IMG/VR virus record: IMGVR_UViG_3300012863_000021 | Span: 1 to 34,039 of that record | Origin: a virus | Lineage: Duplodnaviria; Caudoviricetes | Length of the DNA stretch: 34,039 bases | Strand: one strand, 5' to 3' | Shown here: positions 18,789 through 27,782 of the stretch, one piece after another | How positions within the stretch are numbered: the stretch's first letter is position 1 | Layout: each line of letters begins with the position of its first letter | The notes under the pieces: generated by a model | What the model saw: the letters and a program-made list of their open reading frames with translations, nothing else | Database searches by the model: none | Told to the model about the DNA's origin: nothing | Made by a program: the position numbers and the translations under genes

Positions 18789-18831
18789 TACACCCCCGAC
18801 ACCCCCGGCACGCCCCGACCAGGAGACCACC

Positions 18832-19353
18832 GTGGCCCTGAAGGACCTCACCCAGTACCTGACGCCCGCGCTCGAGCTGCCGTACGACGGCGAGACGTAC
18901 GTGGTGCAGCCGCCGTCGAAGGACGTCGGCATCAAGCTCGCCGCGATCAACGCCATCGGTGTCGCGTCGTACGCGTCCGTGCTCGAGCAGTGCCCCACGT
19001 GCGGGCGATCGGGCTCCCCCGACGTCCCCGCGGAGACGCTCACGCTCGTCGAGTCGATGGGCGACGTCGACGTCGCGGCCCTCGCTCTCGGGCAGGACGT
19101 GTACGACCGGATGCTCGCGGACGGTGTGCCGGGTCCGCACATCGACCAGATGGCCATGTACGCCCTGTACTACTGGACGCTCGGTGAGGACACCGCCGAC
19201 AGGATCTTCGCCGCCCAGCACGGGGGCGGTGGTGCGTCGGGGGAAGCCCGCTCGGGGTCTTCGACGTCGCCGCGTGGGCCCCGTACGGCGTCGGGGAACC
19301 GGACCCAGCGACGGGCATCTACCCGCGGTACCGGGGTGTCCCGGAAGCGCTGA
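18832..19353 (+). CDS. Tail assembly chaperone (gpG-like)
   Basis: AGGAG RBS and GTG at 18832; between the major tail and tape measure genes. Confidence 0.85.
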   Translation: MALKDLTQYLTPALELPYDGETYVVQPPSKDVGIKLAAINAIGVASYASVLEQCPTCGRSGSPDVPAETLTLVESMGDVDVAALALGQDVYDRMLADGVPGPHIDQMAMYALYYWTLGEDTADRIFAAQHGGGGASGEARSGSSTSPRGPRTASGNRTQRRASTRGTGVSRKR

Positions 19354-19583
19354 AGCCGAAGCACACGCGTCAGCCCGACGGGCCGCGGGTCGGCTGGGTG
19401 GACGTCCTCGACCACTGGCCGCTGGTCGTGCTGGACCTGCACGAGCTGTACGGCGCGGACATCGACGACGTGACCCTGGTGCGCCCGTGGCCGTGGTGGC
19501 GGGACCGCATCTGGGGGCTGCTCGGCGCGGACACGCGTCTGCGGCGCGCACTCACGCCGCCGCCGCGGCCTCCTACAGGTTGA
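19239..19583 (+). CDS. Tail assembly chaperone -1 frameshift extension (gpGT-like)
   Basis: Slippery G GGG GAA at 19239-19245. The -1 frame is open to 19583 and reads SPLGVFDVAAWAPYG...WPLVVLDLHELYG...WPWWRDRIWGLL. Confidence 0.8.
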   Translation, partial: GGSPLGVFDVAAWAPYGVGEPDPATGIYPRYRGVPEALKPKHTRQPDGPRVGWVDVLDHWPLVVLDLHELYGADIDDVTLVRPWPWWRDRIWGLLGADTRLRRALTPPPRPPTG

Positions 19584-19875
19584 GCAGCAGCACGATGACG
19601 ACGACCGCCACGACAGCTCCGGCCACGATCCACTCCCGGCGGCGCTGCTCGGGGGTCTTCGCGGCCTGAGCTGCTGCCCGGCCGGCGCGGGCGCGCGCCG
19701 CGTAGCCGCGCTCACGCCGCAGCGTCACGTGGTCCTTCGCGGACAGCAGGGGCCCCCGTGTCGTCTCGGCCAGCTCCCACCCGTCGCGTGCGTACCGGTT
19801 CAGCAGTCGCTGCCGTACCCGCGGGTTGTTCGCCGGGGCCTTGACCGTCTTGTACTCCCACGCCTGCGCGTCCAT
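19573..19875 (-). CDS. DUF4177-like protein with C-terminal transmembrane helix (antisense moron)
   Basis: WEYKTV...LLN...DGWEL motif; hydrophobic C-terminus WIVAGAVVAVVVIVLLL. Confidence 0.7.
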   Translation of the reverse strand: MDAQAWEYKTVKAPANNPRVRQRLLNRYARDGWELAETTRGPLLSAKDHVTLRRERGYAARARAGRAAAQAAKTPEQRRREWIVAGAVVAVVVIVLLLNL

Positions 19876-19907
19876 GCGCCCCATCGAACCACCAGGGGGT
19901 GACAGCC

Positions 19908-22865
19908 GTGACGTTGAAGGTCGGCGAGCTCGTTGCGTTCATCCGTGCGGACGGCACCCAGTTCGACCGGCAGGTCGACTCCTCGGGGCAGAAGTTCTCC
20001 CGCCTGGGGTCCACGATCGCCGCCGGTACGAAGGCGATCGCCGGGTCGATGGTGGCGGTCACGGCCGCCGGTGTCGGCCTGGGTGCGGCGGTGTTCAAGA
20101 TCGGCGCGGACTACAACCGGTTGCAGCAGTCGTCGCGTGCGGCGTTGACGACGCTGCTCGGGTCGGCTGAGGCCGCGAACGCGCAGATGGACAAGCTCGA
20201 CGCGTTCGCGAAGACGTCGCCGTTCGCCAAGCAGGTGTTCATCACCGCGCAGCAGCAGCTCCTCGGGTTCGGTGTCACCGCCGACAAGGTCCTGCCGACG
20301 CTCGACGCGATCCAGAACGCTGTCGCGGCGGTCGGCGGGTCGAACGAGGAGGTCTCGCGGGTCACGTACGCGCTCGCGCAGATGCAGGGCCAGGGCAAGC
20401 TCACCGGGGAGACCCTGAACCAGCTCGGGCAGTACGGCATCGACGCCGCGACGATCCTCGGGCAGCAGCTCGGTGAGACCGGGCAGGAGATCCGCCGGCT
20501 CGCGTCGAAGCCGGGTGGCATCCCCGTGGACGAGGTGTGGGACCCGCTCGTGACCGGGCTCATGCAGCGGTTCGGCGGCGCGACGGACAACATCAAGCAG
20601 CAGATGGACGGCGCCCTGGACCGCATCAAGGGCGCCTGGCGGGACGTCGGCAGCATCCTGGCCGCCCCGTTCATCGACCCGAAGGGCGGCGGCCGGGCCG
20701 TCGAGTGGGCGAACAAGGTCGCCGACGGGTTGCGGGCCCTGGAGCAGAAGGCCAAGCCGGCCGTCGACCTGCTCGTCGGGCGGTTCGCACCGGGCCTGGA
20801 CCAGGTCAGCGTGCAGCTCGACCGTGCACGCGCCGCGGTCAACCGCCTGGACCTGTCGCAGCTGAACCGTCAGCTGGACACGGTCGCGAAGCATGGGCCG
20901 CTCGTGGCCGCCGCCGGTGGCGCACTCGTCGCGTTCGGCACGGGTTCGATCCCCGTGCTCGGTCGCCTCCTGCCCGCGCTGAACCCCGTGGTGGGTGCTG
21001 TCGTCGGCCTGGTCGCCGCCACCCCGTCGCTGCGTGCCGCCGGCGCGGACCTCGTGACCGGTCTCGGGCCGGCCGTGCCCGTACTCGAGCGCATCGGCAA
21101 GGCGCTGGTCGATGCCGCCGTCGCGGCGATCGACGAGCTCGCGCCGGCTGCTGGTGAGCTGCTCGGCGCGCTCGGCCCGGTGGTGGTGCTGCTGGTGCAG
21201 CAGCTCGCCCCGGCGCTGGTGGCGACGATCGGTGCGACGACACCGCTGGTCGGTGTCCTGGCGGACGTCGTGTCGTGGTTGGGGCAGCTGCCCGGCCCGG
21301 TCCTGGCTGGTGCGGCTGCGTTCGGTGTCGCCGCTGCGGTCCTGCCGCGGATGGTCGCCGGCCTGCAGGGTGCTGCGGCGTCCGCCGCGGCCGCGGGCGG
21401 GGCGCTCAAGGCAGCGTTCATCGGGAACCCCGTGACGCTGGCGATCATGGCGATCGCCACGGCCGTCGGGATCTTCGTGACCCGGCAGGCCGAGGCCGAG
21501 CAGCGGGTCGCCGACCTGACGAGCACCCTGGACCAGCAGACCGCGGCGATCACCGAGAACACCCGGGCGCACGTGTACAACCGCCTCGAGACCGACGGTG
21601 TCATCGCGAAGGCCAAGGAGCTGGGGCTGTCCCTCGACCGGGTCGTCGACGCCGCCGTCGGTGGGCGCCGCGCGACAGACTCGCTCACCGAGGGGTACGA
21701 GAACGCTGCCGCCAAGACGCGCGAGCTCGCGCGCGGCGGTCTCGGTGCGTTCGCGGAGGGCACCGCTGAGGCCACACGCAAGTCCATGCTGTACAAGGAC
21801 GTGCTCGTAGCCGTCGGGGGCGTGTCCGACGACGTCGCGGAGTCCCAGCAGCGCGTCAAGGACCAGGTCGAAGCCGGGATCGGTGTGACCGAGGGTGCGA
21901 CGCGTGCGGTGCGCACGCAGGAGGAGGCGCTGCGGGACCTCGTCGACGCCCAGAAGGCTGCTTCCGGGGCGGCGATCAGTGTCCGTGAGGCGCAGATCCG
22001 TGCGACCGAGTCGCAGGAGGCCGCGAACGAGGCCATCAAGGAGGGCGTGCGGATCACCCGGGAGGGGACCGGTGCGGTCGACCTCAACGCGGAGAGCACA
22101 CGCCTGGCCGACAAGGCGCTGCTGGACCTCGTCGCGTCGCAGGGCACGCTGACCGATTCGATGCGGAAGAACAACGCGGGCGCCGGTGAGCTCGACCGGA
22201 CGGTGCGTCAGCAGCGGGACGCGTTCGTGCAGACCGCGCAGCAGATGGGCTACACCCGTGACGAGGCGGACAAGCTCGCGGCCGCGTACGGCCTGATCCC
22301 GAACAACGTCATCACGAAGATCACCGCCGAGGCCGAGGCTGCGCAGGCCGTGATCGACCGGTTCATCACGGTGAACGACGGTCGGCGCATCCGTGTGACC
22401 GTCGACACCGCGGCGGGGAACACGTACAACTACGCCCCGGGCAACAAGTTCGTGATGTCCGCGCAGCACGACGGGGCGATCGTGAAGGCGTTCGCCGGCG
22501 GCGGGTTCCACGGGTTGACCCCGATGGACGCGGTCGCGCAGATGGTGCCCCCGAACACGTGGCGTGTCGTCGGCGATCGCGTGCGCGACACGGAGGCGTA
22601 CATCCCGCTCGACGGGTCGGTGCGGTCGCTCGCGATCCTCGACCAGGCTGCGAAGCACCTCGGGCAGCGGGTCATCCCGATGGCGAACGGGGGCATGGCA
22701 GGTCGGCCCGCGCCGGTGAACGTCACGATGCCGCCGCTCGGCGACATCGTCGCCGCGTTCTCACCGGCGCAGTTCGCCGAGCTGGTCGACGCGATCTCGG
22801 GGCGCGCCCGCGCCGAGGCGACCGGTGCCGTACGCACCGCACGGGTCTGGGGGCAGCCGCGATGA
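19908..22865 (+). CDS. Tape measure protein
   Basis: About 985 aa, Ala/Gly-rich helical; tape-measure domain FAKTSPF...QMQGQGKL; start at 19899 or 19908. Confidence 0.93.
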   Translation: MTLKVGELVAFIRADGTQFDRQVDSSGQKFSRLGSTIAAGTKAIAGSMVAVTAAGVGLGAAVFKIGADYNRLQQSSRAALTTLLGSAEAANAQMDKLDAFAKTSPFAKQVFITAQQQLLGFGVTADKVLPTLDAIQNAVAAVGGSNEEVSRVTYALAQMQGQGKLTGETLNQLGQYGIDAATILGQQLGETGQEIRRLASKPGGIPVDEVWDPLVTGLMQRFGGATDNIKQQMDGALDRIKGAWRDVGSILAAPFIDPKGGGRAVEWANKVADGLRALEQKAKPAVDLLVGRFAPGLDQVSVQLDRARAAVNRLDLSQLNRQLDTVAKHGPLVAAAGGALVAFGTGSIPVLGRLLPALNPVVGAVVGLVAATPSLRAAGADLVTGLGPAVPVLERIGKALVDAAVAAIDELAPAAGELLGALGPVVVLLVQQLAPALVATIGATTPLVGVLADVVSWLGQLPGPVLAGAAAFGVAAAVLPRMVAGLQGAAASAAAAGGALKAAFIGNPVTLAIMAIATAVGIFVTRQAEAEQRVADLTSTLDQQTAAITENTRAHVYNRLETDGVIAKAKELGLSLDRVVDAAVGGRRATDSLTEGYENAAAKTRELARGGLGAFAEGTAEATRKSMLYKDVLVAVGGVSDDVAESQQRVKDQVEAGIGVTEGATRAVRTQEEALRDLVDAQKAASGAAISVREAQIRATESQEAANEAIKEGVRITREGTGAVDLNAESTRLADKALLDLVASQGTLTDSMRKNNAGAGELDRTVRQQRDAFVQTAQQMGYTRDEADKLAAAYGLIPNNVITKITAEAEAAQAVIDRFITVNDGRRIRVTVDTAAGNTYNYAPGNKFVMSAQHDGAIVKAFAGGGFHGLTPMDAVAQMVPPNTWRVVGDRVRDTEAYIPLDGSVRSLAILDQAAKHLGQRVIPMANGGMAGRPAPVNVTMPPLGDIVAAFSPAQFAELVDAISGRARAEATGAVRTARVWGQPR

Positions 22866-23653
22866 GCGTCACGATCACGACGTCGCTGGTGCCTGCGGGC
22901 CCTCCGCCGCCGGTGCAGCTGGTCATCGACGGCATCCCGTCCGGTGGCGCGTACACGGTCACGGGGGTCGTGGGAGCGTCGTCGTGGCCGGTCCCTGGTG
23001 GCGTGGGCGTGAGCGGCGGCGGGCAGGTCGTGCTGGTCGACAACCGCACGGCGCTGAACCTTCCCGTGACGTACCGGGTGGTGACCGACGGGCAGGCGTA
23101 CGACGCGGCGCCGATCACGGTGCCGCACGAGGGTGCACGCATGCTGCAGTCCCTGGACGGGACAGTGCAGGTCCCGTTCGACTGGCTGCCGAACCGGCTG
23201 CCGCTGGCCCCGTCCCTGTCGGCCGGGGTGTACGACGTGCCGGGACGGGTGCGGCCGGTGGTGCGGACCGTCGTCGGCGGCGACGGCGGGGGTGAGCTGC
23301 GCATCCGCACGACGCCGTCGCAGACGGCCGCGCTGCAGCGGCTGCTGCGCAAGGGGGCACCGGCGGTGCTGCGGACCGATGGGCGGTCCCTGGACCTGCC
23401 GGTGGTGTCCTTGCTGCTCGTGACCGGCGCGACGTCGCAGCTCGCGTACGACACCCTGGGGATGTCGGCGGACCGGGTGTGGTCTCTGTCGTACCTGCTG
23501 GTCGACGACCCGCAGCCGTCGGCGGTGCTGTCGGCGTTCACGTGGGACGACTTCGACGACGCGATGGCCACGCGCACGTGGGCGGACTTCGACGCCCTGT
23601 TCGCCGGGTCCACCTGGGATTCGTTCGACACGTACCCGTGGACGCAGCTGTGA
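22862..23653 (+). CDS. Minor tail protein (distal tail-like)
   Basis: ATGA coupling to the tape measure gene; TWDDFD/TWADFD/TWDSFD C-terminal repeats. Confidence 0.8.
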   Translation: MSVTITTSLVPAGPPPPVQLVIDGIPSGGAYTVTGVVGASSWPVPGGVGVSGGGQVVLVDNRTALNLPVTYRVVTDGQAYDAAPITVPHEGARMLQSLDGTVQVPFDWLPNRLPLAPSLSAGVYDVPGRVRPVVRTVVGGDGGGELRIRTTPSQTAALQRLLRKGAPAVLRTDGRSLDLPVVSLLLVTGATSQLAYDTLGMSADRVWSLSYLLVDDPQPSAVLSAFTWDDFDDAMATRTWADFDALFAGSTWDSFDTYPWTQL

Positions 23654-26046
23654 GGGCGGGCGCACCGGACGAGGTGCTGTCGGGGTCGGCGGGCTGGGAG
23701 GCCCGGGTGTGGTCGTGGCTGGGTCCGCGGCTGCTGACCGCGTCCCCGGTCCCGCTGCTGCGTGGCCGGTTGACGGTCGACGTGACGGCCGCGGTCCCCG
23801 AGCGGGTGTCGCTGGTGGTGCCCCGGTTCGCTGACGGCGTGGACTGGTACCCGGGGGACGACCCGGAGCACCCGCTGGCCCGGTACGGGCAGGAGCTCGC
23901 GGTGTCGGTGGTGGTGTCCTCGGCGCTGCCGGCCGATGGCGTCAGCGAGTGGGAGACCCGCTTGGGGCGGTTCCTGGTGGTGTCGTGGGACGAGGGTGAG
24001 GACGGGTCGGTCCGGGTGGAGGCGGTGGGTCGGCTGCGGCGTCTGGCGGACGCGCAGCTGACGGCACCGACGCAGCCTGCGGCGGGCGCGACCCTGGTGT
24101 CGGAGGCGCGCCGGTTGATGCCGGCGGGCATGTCCGTCGCGATCGACCCTGCACTGGTGAACCGCACGTGCCCGTCGGGGATGTCGTGGTCGGCGGACCG
24201 CCTGTCGGCGTTGCAGGAGATCGCCGACGCGTGGCCCGCGCGGTTGCGGACGGACGAGTGGGGGCAGGTGGTGCTGGCGGCGCCGCTGCCGGAGGTGCCG
24301 GCCCCGGTGGTGGTGCTGCGGACCGGTGAGCGGGGCACGGTGGTGCACGCGCTGCGGTCGGACACCCGGGAGGGCTCGTACAACGAGGTCGTGGCGACGT
24401 CGTCGGCGCCGGGCGCGGAGGGTGTGTCGGCGGTCGCGCGGGTCCTGTCGGGGCCGATGGCGGTGACTGGTGAGTACGGTCCGGTGACGCGCCGGTGGGC
24501 GTCGCCGCTGATCGCGACGCGGGCGCAGGCGCTGGCGTCGGCGCGCACGATCCTGGGCCGGTCGGTGCTGCCGACCCGGCGGCTGCCGGTGACGTGCGCC
24601 CCGGATCCGCGGGTCGATGTCGATGACGCGGTGGAGGTCCGGCACGGGGACCTGGACGTGGTGCGGCGGACCGCGTCGGGTGCGGTGCAGCTGCGCAACG
24701 AGGCCCTCAACCCGGGCCCGTCGACGTCGGCGTGGTCCGGCACGGTCGAGGTGCGACGGAACCTCGCCCTGCGACCCCAGCCGACCACATCGACGTCGTA
24801 CAACTACCAGAACAACGGCGGCGAACTCGGCACCTCAACGGTCGTAACGGGCGCAGTGGACGGGCCCGAGGTCGCTCCGGGCGTGCGCGCGACGGCCTAC
24901 CTGAGGCGCACCATCACGACCGCGAAGACGGGCAGCGGCACTGGTGGTTTCTACCAGTACGCGGCCTCCCCGTACTCCGCGACGATCGGGCAGCAGGGCG
25001 TCGTGTCGGCCTACGTCCGGTCGTCGCACGCCGTGCAGGTCAGCATGGCGAACAACTGGCGGACCACGGCGAACGGCGTCGTGGGCACCGCCACGGGCCC
25101 CACCATCACCCTCCCGGCCGGGCAGTGGGTGCGCGTGTCGGGTGCCGCCGCGACGGCCACCGCTCCAGCCGATCACCTCGGCTGGTGGGTGACCATCGCC
25201 GCCGCGTCGATCCTGCCTGTCGGGGGCACGTTCGACATCACCGCCGTGCTGCCGGAGGTGGGCGCCGATGTGCTCCCGTACTTTGACGGGGGCATCAGCC
25301 CCGACCCGCTGCTCTCCGCGTCGTGGGTGGGTCTGGCCGGCGACTCCCCGTCGGTCCTGACCGGGCGACAGCCGCTGCGCTGGGCCGGGTCGTGGACGCG
25401 CCGCTACCTCGTCACCGACGAGGGCGCGCCGGCGATCGAGTTCGTGCGCGAGGGCACCGGCTCCCTGTACGGCGACCCGCACGGGACGCACGCGACCGCC
25501 TACCACCCCGCGCTGGCCGGACGATGGTTCGCCCTGGGGGTCGAGATCAAGCCGCTCACGGCGACGGTCGCCTCGACCATGCGCATCATCCTCGCCCCGT
25601 ACAACGGAGCGAACCTCAACGGCTTCGCCGCCCAGGCAGGGGCCAGCACCCCCGGCGTGTCGGGGCAGTGGCAGCGGTCCGTCCACGCCGCGCAGATCAC
25701 CGCGGACGGCGCGGGCGCCGGGTACCTCCGTGCGCTCGCCTGGCCGAACACGTCAGCCGGTGGGGCGTTCCGCGTCCGTCGCGCCGTCGTCGCCTACGCC
25801 GACACCGAGGCCGCCGCCCGCGCCGCCGTCGCGCAGCACTTCGACGGGGGTACGCGTCTGCCCGACGGTCGCCGCGGACGCTGGACCGGCACCCCCGGTG
25901 CGTCACCGTCGCAGCTGCTGGCCCCGCAGGTCGTCACCGAGTCCTACGAGCCGACCGACCGCACGTGGGGGTACGTCGTGGCGTACGACCTGCCGCTGAC
26001 CGTCCACGACGGGCCCATGCGCATCGACCTGGGTGTCGTGTCGTGA
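23650..26046 (+). CDS. Minor tail / baseplate hub protein with inserted carbohydrate-binding-like modules
   Basis: Hub-like N-terminus (LARYGQEL, YNEVVA, PDPRVDVDDAVEV). About 430 aa of beta-rich insert precedes the short C-terminal GYVVAYDLPLT segment. Confidence 0.8.
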   Translation: MRAGAPDEVLSGSAGWEARVWSWLGPRLLTASPVPLLRGRLTVDVTAAVPERVSLVVPRFADGVDWYPGDDPEHPLARYGQELAVSVVVSSALPADGVSEWETRLGRFLVVSWDEGEDGSVRVEAVGRLRRLADAQLTAPTQPAAGATLVSEARRLMPAGMSVAIDPALVNRTCPSGMSWSADRLSALQEIADAWPARLRTDEWGQVVLAAPLPEVPAPVVVLRTGERGTVVHALRSDTREGSYNEVVATSSAPGAEGVSAVARVLSGPMAVTGEYGPVTRRWASPLIATRAQALASARTILGRSVLPTRRLPVTCAPDPRVDVDDAVEVRHGDLDVVRRTASGAVQLRNEALNPGPSTSAWSGTVEVRRNLALRPQPTTSTSYNYQNNGGELGTSTVVTGAVDGPEVAPGVRATAYLRRTITTAKTGSGTGGFYQYAASPYSATIGQQGVVSAYVRSSHAVQVSMANNWRTTANGVVGTATGPTITLPAGQWVRVSGAAATATAPADHLGWWVTIAAASILPVGGTFDITAVLPEVGADVLPYFDGGISPDPLLSASWVGLAGDSPSVLTGRQPLRWAGSWTRRYLVTDEGAPAIEFVREGTGSLYGDPHGTHATAYHPALAGRWFALGVEIKPLTATVASTMRIILAPYNGANLNGFAAQAGASTPGVSGQWQRSVHAAQITADGAGAGYLRALAWPNTSAGGAFRVRRAVVAYADTEAAARAAVAQHFDGGTRLPDGRRGRWTGTPGASPSQLLAPQVVTESYEPTDRTWGYVVAYDLPLTVHDGPMRIDLGVVS

Positions 26047-27017
26047 GCGACCTCGACCTGACCCCACCCCCGGCCGCCCCCACCGACGGGCTGCTGACGA
26101 TCGAGGCCCCGATCCTCGCCGTCGAGCCCGCCGGTGCGCTCGTGCAGGTCCAGATCCGTGAGTCCGCGCTGTGGCTGCCTGCCGTCGCAGGCCGGTATGT
26201 CGCCGTCGCGGTGTCCGCGACGTCGTCCGCACGCCGCGCCCGGGTGATGCTGGACCCGCAGCGCGGACGCCCCGAGCTGGTCCTCGGACCGGTCACCCCA
26301 CGTGACCCGCAGGTCCCCGCGACGATGACCGCGTCCACGTCGGACACCGCGACGGTCACCCTGGACGGGGCGTCGCACGTCCTGCCGTACCTGACCGGGT
26401 CGTACGGGACGCTGCCGCGCGCGGTGTGGGTGTCCCTGGACGACTGGGGTCGCCCCATGCTGGTCCTGGGCCCGTCCGCGGTCGCGGACACCTCGACCCC
26501 GGTGCCCGACCCTGGTGGCGGTGGCGGCGGCACCGGGCAGGTCACCGCGACGATCGGCGCGCAGTGGTCCGGGTCGTACCGGCACAACCGCGCCGCGTGG
26601 GACCGCTGGAACACCGACAGGTACGGCGGCCGCTCCACCCTGTACCAGGGCAACGGGTCCGGGTCGGGTCCGATGACGGGGCTCGCCGTGTACGGCGACC
26701 AGCTCGTCAATCTCGGCGCCACGTCCATCGACCGGGTGCAGGTCGCGATCCGGTCCGTGGGCCTGGCCTCAGGGTCCCCCGCGGTCACCGTGCAGGGATC
26801 CCCCCACGGCACACCCCCTGGTGGGGCCCCGTCGGCGTCCGGGGACACCGCCACCGGCATGGGCGCCCTGGTGGACCTGCCCGCGTCGGTGCGTGAGGCC
26901 ATGCGCACCGGCGCCGTCAGGGGCCTCGCGCTGGTCGGGGCCGCGTACTCCGCCGCCGCCGGCGCGGGCAACGGGGACGGGATGAGCCTGGTCGTCACGT
27001 ACACCCGGCCCGTCTGA
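26043..27017 (+). CDS. Minor tail protein
   Basis: GTGA coupling; Gly-rich linker; WSGSYR...LYQG...GLAVYG domain. Confidence 0.8.
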   Translation: MSDLDLTPPPAAPTDGLLTIEAPILAVEPAGALVQVQIRESALWLPAVAGRYVAVAVSATSSARRARVMLDPQRGRPELVLGPVTPRDPQVPATMTASTSDTATVTLDGASHVLPYLTGSYGTLPRAVWVSLDDWGRPMLVLGPSAVADTSTPVPDPGGGGGGTGQVTATIGAQWSGSYRHNRAAWDRWNTDRYGGRSTLYQGNGSGSGPMTGLAVYGDQLVNLGATSIDRVQVAIRSVGLASGSPAVTVQGSPHGTPPGGAPSASGDTATGMGALVDLPASVREAMRTGAVRGLALVGAAYSAAAGAGNGDGMSLVVTYTRPV

Positions 27018-27095
27018 CCCCGGGCACCTGGGGCCGGGGGAAAACAGCTCCGAGCCTGACCCACTCACTGATCGAGCAGAGAGGGGGTCGACGCG

Positions 27096-27638
27096 ATGGG
27101 GCCCGCTCTCGGAGACCCGCGACTCCCAAAGGCGTTCTGGGACAAGGTCGACCTCGACCATGTCACCGGGTGCTGGAAATGGCAAGCGCGCACGAATAGC
27201 GGCGGATACGGTTCGCTCAATATCGACGGCCAAAGCCTTTACGCCCACCGCCTCGCCTACGCGACACTCGTGGCTCCCATAGGTGAGCGACTGGTTATTG
27301 ATCACCTATGCCGCAACCCCCGGTGCGTCAATCCAGCACATCTAGAACCTGTACCCACAGGAGAAAACATCCGCCGGGGATTCAAGGGTTACGCCATCCG
27401 GTCAAACATCTGCGCACAGGGTCATGACACAACCCGGACCGGCGTTCGGATCGATCGACGCGGAAGCGGCCAGGGTCGTGACTGCCTCGCATGCCATCGA
27501 CAGCGTGCCCGAGATCAGCATGCCGCGATCCGTGCGGCATCGGTAGCACTAGGTGTATCACAGGCGGAATACACAAGGGCATACGGATATTCCACACGAA
27601 CGGCAATCGCAATCGTGACGCAAGCCAAAGAAGGGTGA
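27096..27638 (+). CDS. Free-standing HNH homing endonuclease
   Basis: CWKW...GYG...YAHRLAY...IDHLCRNPRCVNPAHLEPV..GEN; C-terminal CxxGH/CxxC; markedly lower GC. Confidence 0.92.
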   Translation: MGPALGDPRLPKAFWDKVDLDHVTGCWKWQARTNSGGYGSLNIDGQSLYAHRLAYATLVAPIGERLVIDHLCRNPRCVNPAHLEPVPTGENIRRGFKGYAIRSNICAQGHDTTRTGVRIDRRGSGQGRDCLACHRQRARDQHAAIRAASVALGVSQAEYTRAYGYSTRTAIAIVTQAKEG

Positions 27639-27644
27639 CCTTCT

Positions 27645-27782
27645 ATGTGGATTACGTGTGCATTGTGCGGGGCGCTCGTCGCCGACGTGCCCCTGCACGC
27701 CAACCACCACGAGGTCGCCGTCGGTGACGTCGTCGGCCAGCAGACCCCACCGCCCGACACGATCCCCCAGGAGGGCCCCTGA
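27645..27782 (+). CDS. Small CxxC protein (MWITCALCGALVAD..., 45 aa)
   Basis: ATG at 27645 after AAGGGTG; TGATG coupling to the next gene. Confidence 0.6.
   Translation: MWITCALCGALVADVPLHANHHEVAVGDVVGQQTPPPDTIPQEGP

Noticed and set aside
10842-22658. Long minus-strand and alternate-frame ORFs (for example 10842-12941, 14402-17194, 19800-22658)
   Set aside because: These are shadow ORFs of high-GC coding sequence, Arg/Pro/Gly-rich and opposite well-supported structural genes.
27018-27644. HNH region as a group I intron or intein
   Set aside because: The upstream gene ends with its own stop at 27017 and the downstream gene has its own start. No splicing elements were recognised.
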